This document shows, in pieces, positions 54,796-64,000 of a stretch of DNA of 64,000 bases. The notes under the pieces are model-generated. The model was not told the origin of the DNA and ran no database searches. It saw only the letters and a program-made list of their open reading frames with translations. The DNA lies in NCBI RefSeq assembly GCF_006345805.1, contig NW_021832551.1, forward strand, positions 307 through 64,306, read 5' to 3'. Both the position numbers and the translations under genes were made by a program. Source of the DNA: Octopus sinensis. Taxonomy: Eukaryota. Position 1 is the first letter of the stretch; every line of letters begins with the position of its first letter.

Positions 54796-55270
54796 CTCCT
54801 GAGTAAGAGTAAAAAAACTACGCTCCTCTGTCAAGCTATGTTGAGCCAATATGGCTGAGTAGGCTCATCAAAATAGTATGAATTTCAAGCTCAAATTCAC
54901 GGCCTCCAGATCGGACTGTGGATGGTGGAGAGAATATGCTAAGGCCTTTATCCCTCAGTGGACTGAACCTGGGCTATCCAATCCAATCCAATTGAAGATC
55001 ACAAGAATTCGTGAAGCAGAGGAACGCTGTTATGTGCAACATAGGCTTGATCCCTTTTAGAAGAGTGTTAGTCTCTATTTAATAGAAGTAAGTCTCTATT
55101 TAATAGAAGTAAGTCTCCTTAGAGGCCGACATTTATCTTAAAATGTCTCACTCGCATCCATTGACGTCCAATTGGGTTTACTACTTGCAAGAATTGAAAC
55201 AGTTACTTCTGTCTACAAAAGACACAAGAGCTAGAATTTCAGCGGTAGGGGACACTTTATGTTTATTAGA

Positions 55271-55366
<96 letters not shown>

Positions 55367-55895
55367 CTATCTCTATCTCTCGTGTATATCTTGCTTTACG
55401 TACGTATCAATGCACATATTTATCTATGCTATGTACGCATTTTTATGTATATATACACGTGTGTACCTACGTATACGAGTTCCTGTACATATATATGTAT
55501 ATATTCGTCCATACGTGTGCGTATACGCGTGTATCTAGTTGCATGTATATGCCCATATACTTGGGTGTGCGTGTGTGAGCGCGTATGTATATGTGCGTAT
55601 ATATATATATATATATATATATGTTTGTATATATGCGTCTAAGCATGAACACAAAAAACTTGTCTAAGTATTATCTTCCTTTCAACTTCTACTTCCTTTT
55701 CTTTCTCTTAACAGTTACAACAGCGGAAGCTAATTACGTCATTTTCTCTAAGCTAGAATGTATAATTTCCGCGTTCACATTTGGAGTTTTTGCGTTTTAA
55801 TAATTTCTCTCTGATTCTCCTCATTCTCGAATTTGATGGGCATATAGCGGTACTTAAGCCGACTCAAGAAATCTCTAGTCGGACTTTTTATCGAT

Positions 55896-55937
55896 GTACC
55901 TGAAGAGACCCAGAACGGGTCGAAACATGTGTTGTAC
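55896..55937 (+). ncRNA. Minimal type I hammerhead followed by AATAAA
   Basis: GTAC CTGAAGA GACCC agaac GGGTC GAAA C ATGT GTT GTAC; AATAAA at about 55940. Confidence 0.8.
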
Positions 55938-56151
55938 CCAATAAAGTTATTACACATTTCATCTTCTATTTTATTAATACTGCTATCCCAACCGCCACTA
56001 CGAAGTTCCTGCTATAAATCTACGGATAACAACGGGTAGTCGAAACTGCACCGGTGCTTTACTCATCATCATTTATACATTTCGTACAATTTCCATTACG
56101 TGTGTGTGTGTATATATATATATATATTATATATATATCCACGTAATGGAA

Positions 56152-56208
<57 letters not shown>

Positions 56209-56214
<6 letters not shown>

Positions 56215-56395
56215 GTCGCCATGATAGATCGTTAGCCACTACACACATTTTTTCTTTCCTTGTTTTTTCTGTGTCCCTTTCTGTAGAAGAGCGTAGGCTC
56301 GAAACGTAGACTTTTCTATTCCTGAGCGTTATACTAATACATCTGTTTGTTTTGCACACCACCTGTCTTCGTCTTTTTTTTTCGTAAACTCTCCC
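56209..56395 (+). mobile_element. (TA)n-flanked mini-element with hammerhead variant
   Basis: CTTT CTGTAGA A GAGC gtag GCTC GAAA C GTA GAC (56277-56311; stem I 3' arm partly deleted); homologous to 23375-23489. Confidence 0.65.
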
Positions 56396-56405
56396 TATAT
56401 ATATA

Positions 56406-56436
<31 letters not shown>

Positions 56437-56499
56437 ATAGGGAGAGTTTATATACATACACGCACACACAGTCATCTTTTTTAATTTTATTATGAACCA

Positions 56500-56630
56500 G
56501 CCCCTATATTTTATCGACTCCGAAAGAATGAAAGGAAACGGCGACCTCAGCTGAACTTCGAACGTGAAGCCGGAAGAAGTGTCACTGATCGCTTTTGTCC
56601 GGCGTGCTAACGATTCTACCAGCTTTCCAC
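56500..56630 (-). mobile_element. SINE family A, degenerate
   Basis: TTTTATCGACTCCGAAAGAATGAAAGG...CCGGCGTGCTAACGATTCTACCAGC. Confidence 0.7.
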
Positions 56631-57227
56631 CTTGATCAAAACGTTTATCAAAAGCAAACATTAATTCATTGCTTCTTTCTTCCTTTTTTCGCAACCAATT
56701 TCTATGATAATGCAAAAACCATGCGCAGCGAAGCCTGTCTTTCTTTCGATGCACAAATGTAAATATGATAAAAACAAAGAAATATTTTATAAAATTAATG
56801 ATTATTTGCAAATGAAAATCCTCCGTAAGAAATACTTTGGTAATGCTTCAAGGATATTTATATTCGCTGTACGTTGTAGAGGTGTTTTTTAAGTAAATCG
56901 ACCATGTAAAAATTTGATGAATGCTTGTAAGCTGAAATCGAGGCAAGAACGTCACAACCTCAATTTTCAACCTTCTGAACTCAATAAGGTGATAGATATC
57001 TCAGATCACAGAGTATCAACCAATTGATTTTATTTATCGCAATTCTGCAGGAGATAAATATTTATTTGTCCTTGTTTTATTTGGTCCTGTCAACCAAAAA
57101 TAATTTTCGTGTAAAGTTAATAACATACGGACTGATAGATAGATAGGTAGGTAGGTAGGTAGGTAGGTAGGGATACGCCCATTCATACGTACTTGCATAC
57201 ATGCCTACATATATATATATGTATATA

Positions 57228-57278
<51 letters not shown>

Positions 57279-57606
57279 ATATTCACACGCACACGTTCCC
57301 ACACACACACGTTCCCACACACACACACGCACGCACATGTACAAATAGGAGAAAGCCAGAAGAAGAAAGGAGAGGAGGAGGACGGAAACAAAGAATTAGA
57401 AATATACGCATGCGCAGACATAGCTGTGAGGTTAAGAAGTTCACTTGGCAACCATGTGGTTTCGTGTTCATTCCCACTGCAAAGCACCTTAAGGAAGTGA
57501 CTTCTACAATTGTCCTGAGCTGACCAATGACAAATGAGCGGCGAAATTACTAAACAAATCTAAGCGACAGAGACCACATATTTATGTCTGTATGTGTGTA
57601 TATATG

Positions 57607-57745
<139 letters not shown>

Positions 57746-58459
57746 AGAAAACGTCAAGGTAGAAAATACTAAAATAATTTTATAAAAAGCATTTCAGTAC
57801 CGGTTTCAGTAATTGAGACTTTTTCAGCTGTAAGTATGGAAAACAATAAAAATTTTGGAAAAATATAAAGAAAATTTTTCAAAGAATATTTGCATAGAGT
57901 TCAAATACAAGGGGCATTTTCCTTGTTTCTGCCTGTCTCTATCTCTCTTGTTTACTCTTGTATGTATGTATGTATGTATGTATGTATGTATGTATGTATG
58001 AAAGCAAAACAGAATTCTTTCAAAACAATGACTCAGTCGAGAATAACATCCTGAATTATAATTAAATTTCAATGGGTTGACCACATCGATACAATATGAT
58101 TGAAAATCAACATCTCACTTTCTCTTCTCTCTCCCTCTCTCCCTCTTTCTCTCTCTGTCTCACTTTCTTTGCTTTTCTTTCTCTTTTTTTCGGTTATCTT
58201 GCTCCCTATCTCTTTCTCCCTTTCTCCAAAGAACAAAATGTTCTCCTCTTCGAGTTATAAAACCTTGAGGAGATTTTCTCTTTTATTATCTTAGTCTTAT
58301 CTTTTCATGAAGATTTTGATTAAATTATTAAAAACGGTAATAAAACAAATTATCCAAAATTCTGACTGCCTTCTTTTTCTTAATATACAACATTTGTACA
58401 CTACTTTAAACACTCTATACATACATGCATACATACATATCTGTCTACCTGTATGTCTG

Positions 58460-58554
<95 letters not shown>

Positions 58555-58571
58555 GTCTGTCTGTCTATCTA

Positions 58572-58613
<42 letters not shown>

Positions 58614-58643
58614 ATCTATCTATCTATATATATATATATATAT

Positions 58644-58704
<61 letters not shown>

Positions 58705-58706
<2 letters not shown>

Positions 58707-58885
58707 AAGAAAACAACAAGAACAAGAGGCGTGGTACATGTAGAGAATTACCACACGCTCAGGGAAAGAAAGAAAGGTGGTTTTACGTTTCGAGCAAAGC
58801 TCTTCCTCAGAAACAGAAATCGGAAGAAAGTCCAAGAGGGAAGGAAGATGGAGGAAAAAATTGCCAACGATCCACATGTGGTTAC
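58705..58885 (-). mobile_element. (TA)n-flanked mini-element with canonical minimal hammerhead
   Basis: Minus 58814-58780: GTTT CTGAGGA A GAGC ttt GCTC GAAA C GTA AAAC. Confidence 0.75.
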
Positions 58886-59169
58886 ATATATATATATATA
58901 TATATCAACTTACTGTGTCGTTTTCCATTATGTCTTGTCCTTATTCTGTCGTCAGCATTCATTCATTTTTACATCACCGTTCTTTATGTCGTTGCACTTT
59001 CCGCTACAGCATTTTGCTGGTGACGCCACCAAATTGAACAATCTTATCGATAACGGCGAGAAACTGTAAAAATTTTAGGCCGATTACGAACGAAGGATGA
59101 GCATGTCCACGTCTTTTGGGTGTGTATCTTTTCGTGTGCTCCTTTGCCATTCTTCTGAGTAAATTTTAC

Positions 59170-59480
59170 TCATATATATATATATATCACCGTGATCACC
59201 ATGACCGACCAGGCTATCAGATGTTGCAACACATCGCTGGTCACAATGCGCTTCGCATTGTTCTAGCGTCCAAATGACGCCACCCCGCTGGCTAAGCGAG
59301 CAGGCCAACAGAAGAAATTGTGGTGAAAGAGTACAGCAGGGATCACCCCCCACCTGCCGGAGCCTCGTGGAGCTTTAGGTGTTTTCGCTCAATAAACACT
59401 CACAACGCCCGGTCTGGGAATCGAAGCCGCGATCCTACAACCGCGTGTCCGCTGCCCTAACCACTGGGCCATTGCGCCCC
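59170..59480 (-). mobile_element. SINE with family C head/body but a different 3' tail
   Basis: 59310-59480 matches the 49900-50075 head; 59170-59310 (AACAATGCGAAGCGCATTGTGACCAGCG on minus) is unrelated to the family C tail. Confidence 0.7.
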
Positions 59481-61289
59481 CACACGATATATATATATAT
59501 ATCAAAAGAGAGATAGATAGATACATACATACATACATACTTACATACATGCATATATACATACACACATAATATGATATATACATTATATATATCTTAT
59601 AACAATTCAGCCTGTCATTGCGTGTCGGTAACTCTTTCGCGTGATTAGGGAGAAAGAGAAGAGGAGAAAGAAAAGAGGAAGAGGGAAAAAGAAGGTGGGA
59701 AAAAAAGAGGGAGAGAGAAGCGCGCATGACGTGAGTCAGAGAGAATGGAATTGTAACGCTTTCACGTGATTAGTTGAAGAGAGAGAGAGAGAGGAGATAG
59801 AGAAAAAGAGGGAGGGGAGGGAGAAAGAGGGGAGAGAGATAAAGGGAAAGAGCGATAATCGTGGTGGTGGTAGTGAATGGATAGCGGAAAGTGTATTTTT
59901 AATTGAACTAAATTTTTTCTATATCACCTATCACTTAACGCATGCGCACAAGTGCAATTCCGAGAATTCTATTTTTGTTTATCGAAAAAACGGGAAAATA
60001 TGGGTGCTTATTTATTTTATGAGTGTTATGTATCTCTTCTTATCTTATGATAAAAGGCAGATTTTCTTTGCCTGTTCCCATGTTCCTTTTTAATACAATT
60101 CTACAATATAGAATTTCTTCAATTGGAATTTACCTATGATTTTTCGAAGTAGATTCGATTGGGTCATGGCATGTAAAGTTTTTTCAATTTGAGCCCCAAT
60201 TAAGCAAAAATTCGAGAAAACTCAATATTTTACGATTTGCCTCTCTCATTTCAAGTGGTTTACTCCTGCTATTACCACCACACTTTCTCCTACTTTCTCT
60301 TTGCAAGTGTGAAACCATTGAAGTGAAAGTATTATACAACAGGGATGAGCCATTAATGGTGGTCATCCTTTTTGCTAGAGGAAGATCCGCTATGGTCTTA
60401 TATGCTACACCACTGGTTTTCAATTCATATTAATCAAATTAATATTCAATTTTTCACCCTTATTATGTGTGTGTGTATGTGTGTGTGTATTAGCAATTCG
60501 TATAAAATTGCATCAATGACTTGAACTTGAATAAGTGGTTTCACATAAATGGGGATAAATTAAAAAGGTTTGTTGTTATTATTATTACTGTTTGACTATT
60601 GTAATCACGTTTGTTGGTTCCTCGTCAGGGAAACGTTGTTGTGTTGCATTTGTTAAATAATTGTAAACCGTAACCCTCCCCCTTTCGGAGAAGGGGCTTT
60701 GGTTATTGTTTAAAAATTGAATTGTGTCTCTGTTTGGGGAAATTGACATTATTTTCACCGTCTTTACGGAAGCATTTTTGTTAAATGCCTTCGATAGAAG
60801 AAAGTCAAAAAATGAATTTCACTGCAGCCGTACACTTCTATACAAGAGGGAGGACAAGATCCAATTGATCGAAATTGCAAGAGACGGGCCTACAATTCCA
60901 GTCTGTTATATATTTTGAGTATTGTTATCACTAGCGATATCAAGATATAACTTTGTATTTTGTATTTTATGTGTACATGTATATATATAGATGTACATGT
61001 AATATGTACACATATATATACACATATATACATGCATAATATATCTACCCATACACACATACGCACACACACACACACATACATAGGGGCAGGTGTGGCT
61101 GTGTGGTAACAAACTACGTTCCAAACACATGGTCCTGGGTTCAGTTCCACTGTGTGGTGACTTGGCATGTGTCTTCTGCTGTAGCTTCAGACCAACAAAA
61201 GCCTTCTCAGTGGATTTTGTACATATATACAGGCATACATATATATACATGCATACGTACATATTCGACATAAACACTCTACCACTACA

Positions 61290-63138
61290 ACTAATAACTG
61301 TTGGGAACACTTTCAAACCTGCCTTACATTCCAACCGGAATCTCAAAAACATTGTCCCCTTCAGCGCCAAGCTCAACTGCTCTATCCTGACATGGAGGGT
61401 ATCAGCAATGAAATCTATAACAAAACACTCATTGACGTTGAAGACAGAATTGCTAAACTGGGTGGAAATGAATTGTCGTCGTATGGCCTGTCACAAGCAT
61501 TCAGGTCAGAGTCAAATAGCCTTCCCACTGCTGTCATTCGTGAAACAACCTACGACACTCAAGCGCTTTCAAAGTACATTGTTGAAAATGAGCCTAAATT
61601 ACTTCCGGACCAGCTGCAAGCCTACAGAACTATTCTTAACAGTGTACGCCAACGCGAGGGACGAATCTTCTTCCTCGATGCTCCTGGAGGGACAGGAAAA
61701 ACATTTATTACAAAGCTTCTCCTTGCAGAAGTTAGGTAGCATCAGGACATTGCAGTAGCTGTAGCCTCCACTGGCATTGCAGCTACTTTGTTACCCGGTG
61801 GCAGGACAGCACACTCAACTTTTAAACTCCCTCTCAATTTAGCAGCATCCGAAATGCCTTCATGCAACATCAACAAAAGCTCAGATCAGGGACAAGTACT
61901 TAAAATGCGTTATGTAATTGTCTGGGATGAGTGCACTATGGCTCACAAGGGAGCTTTGAAAGCATTAGATAGAGCCCTGAAAGACATCCGAGACTGTCAG
62001 GCTCCAATGGGAGGTGCAACGCTTCTGTTGTCAGGTGATTTCAGGCAAACTCTTCTTGTCATTCCGAAAGGCACTAGAGCTGATGAAGTCCAAGCATGCC
62101 TAAAGTCCTCTACCCTGTGGCATCATGTTACAATCTTTAGTTTCACCACTAACATGACAGCTCAGATACACGGCGACAAAATGTCCAGAAAGTTTGCACA
62201 GAACATTTTGACACTTGGTGAAGGCAAGATGCCTCTCGATGCTGCAGGACAAATGGAAGTGTGGTCATTTTCCTCTGTTGTTAATTCTGTAGATGACCTC
62301 AAAAACAAAGTCTTTCCTAACTTCACACAAAACCACCAAAATCACAATTGGCTGTGTGAAAGAGCAATATTAGCTCAAAAAAACGTCGCTATTAACCAAA
62401 TTAATCAACAGCTAATGCATTCTCTTCCCGGCACTATACACACTTACAAGTCTGTTGATACAATTCCAGATATAAATGAAGTTGTGAATTATCCTCCTGA
62501 ATTTCTCAATTCACTGGAGCCTCCTCGACTACCTCCACACATATTACCACTTCAGGTTGGAACTCCTGTAATGCTACTCCGCAATCTGGAACCACCAAGA
62601 CTTTGCAATGGAACACGACTGGTGACAAAGAAAATGATATCACACGTTATCGAGGCGATCATTCTTTCTGAATGTGGAAAAGGTGATGACGTCTTTATTC
62701 CAAGATTTCCTCTTACTCCATCAGGAGCAGAAATTCCATTTACATTCAGAAGACTGCAATTCCCCCTTCGTGTCAGCTTTGCCATGTCCATTAACAAATC
62801 TCAGGGTCAAACCCTCTCTGTAGCTGGTCTTCTCTTGGAAGAGCCCTGCTTCTCGCATAGGCAACTGTATGTTGGCTGTTCAAGAGTAGGAACCAAAAGA
62901 AACCTTTTTGTATATGCTTCACAAGGAAAAACAAGGAACATTGTTTACGAGGTGTTATAATCTCAACAGCCAGGAGGTATATACATGATCCCCTTTTTTA
63001 AAAAATCTTCATGTACTTTCATGTATTTATATTAATATACATATATTTGTGTGTGTGTGTGTGTGTATCCATATATATAACAGAAAAGTCTAATTCTTCT
63101 ATTGAATGTAACCGGGCAACGCCGGGTATCTCTGCTAG
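61290..63138 (+). mobile_element. 5'-truncated autonomous-type Helitron with intact 3' terminus
   Basis: PIF1-like helicase ORF followed by ACCGGGCAACGCCGGGT hairpin and CTAG|T at 63135-63139. Confidence 0.92.
61392..62960 (+). pseudogene. Helitron RepHel PIF1-family helicase domain with one in-frame stop
   Basis: FFLDAPGGTGKTF (Walker A), VASTGIAATLLPGGRTAHSTFKLP, IVWDEC, LSGDFRQ, MLLRNL..LCNGTRL, QFP...FAMSINKSQGQT, QLYVGCSRV; TAG at 61737-61739 joins both ORFs in one frame. Confidence 0.93.
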
Positions 63139-63387
63139 TTAGGTCTATAAATGTGTACCAAAATTATATAAAGTGAATTAAATAATGATCGTATTCAAAT
63201 TTCTTTCACTTTTCAATGAGTAGCAGATGAGCGACTATCTTTTCACACAGACACAATATAGGCTACACTTTCAGGTTTTTAGATAAAGTTTTCAGAAATA
63301 ACCCAATAGGTTTACCATTAATTCCGTGAAGTATTCACGGGTCCCGCTAGTAGTTATCAATATATAACTATAGATGTATATGTGTAG

Positions 63388-63429
<42 letters not shown>

Positions 63430-63633
63430 TATTCTTTTATTTGTTTCAGTCATATGACTGAGGCCATGCTGAAGTACCGCCCTTAGTCGAGCAAATCGAC
63501 TCCAGGACTTACTCTTTGCAAGCCTTGTAATTATTCTATCGGTCTCTTTTGCCAAACCGCTAACTTACGGGGACGTAAACATACCAACACCGGTTGTCAA
63601 GCGGTGTTGGGGGACAAACGCAGACACACAAAA

Positions 63634-63670
<37 letters not shown>

Positions 63671-63885
63671 GTTGTGTGCGTGTGTGCGTGTGTGGTGGGG
63701 GATAAACACAGACACAAACGCACACAAATGTATACAAATATTCTTTCAGTTCCCGTCTACTAAATGCACTCACAAGGCATTGGTCGGCCCGTTGCTACAG
63801 CAGAAGACACTTGGCCAGAGTAATACCCAACGGAACTGAACCCGGAATCATGTGGTTAGGAAGGAAGCTTCTTACCACGCGTGCA
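63430..63885 (-). mobile_element. SINE family B, full length
   Basis: Reverse complement of the 13759-14166 layout. Confidence 0.85.
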
Positions 63886-63915
63886 CCTTGTATGTGACAA
63901 TTATTCGGTAGCCAA

Positions 63916-64000
63916 GTTAAAACTCCGAGTTTCGGATACCGAGGTGGAAATCCACGCCACCATCTCTTCATTTATGACCGAATAACTGAAGAGATGGTGG
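63916..64000. ncRNA. Degenerate hammerhead on minus strand plus inverted partial copy at the window edge
   Basis: Minus: TAA ATGAAGA G ATGGTGG..CCACC..C GAAA CTC G GAG TT TTAA; 14-bp inverted repeat 63957-63970/63987-64000, + arm preceded by intact CTGAAGA. Confidence 0.45.

Noticed and set aside
58905-58960. CTGACGA...GAAAA on the minus strand
   Set aside because: Only a 2-bp stem II and no NUH triplet or stem I
62083-62100. CTGATGA inside the helicase ORF, and CTGAAGA at about 24490
   Set aside because: Chance matches within transposase or helicase coding sequence, without helices
61392-62960. Host PIF1 gene
   Set aside because: Intronless, premature stop, preceded by Helitron linker-like sequence and followed by a hairpin-CTAG Helitron terminus

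Overview
AT-rich eukaryotic DNA saturated with microsatellites, most likely from an octopus (inferred from the SINE/LINE repertoire and repeat density; not verified). I cannot support any host protein-coding exon, and nearly all ORFs in the supplied track are microsatellite artefacts. The window is a transposon graveyard: Tx1/L1-like, CR1-like, R4/Dong-like, RTE-like and Penelope-like retroelement fragments, several Tc1/mariner fossils, four Helitrons (one with an almost intact PIF1 helicase and canonical 3' end), and three tRNA-derived SINE families, one forming tandem and inverted arrays. The most striking signal is absent from the ORF track: about 16 type I hammerhead-ribozyme-like motifs (roughly 1 per 4 kb) of several sequence families. 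They include canonical, G3:C8-swapped, U.U-closed stem II and dimer-type variants. Several sit in short (TA)n-flanked mini-elements, and three lie in fold-back duplications, two of which end at or abut the predicted cleavage site. Minimal hammerheads in Penelope-like elements are a known class; the density, the variants and the cleavage-site-bounded inversions here merit testing. All alignments and folds were done by eye; fossil boundaries are approximate.
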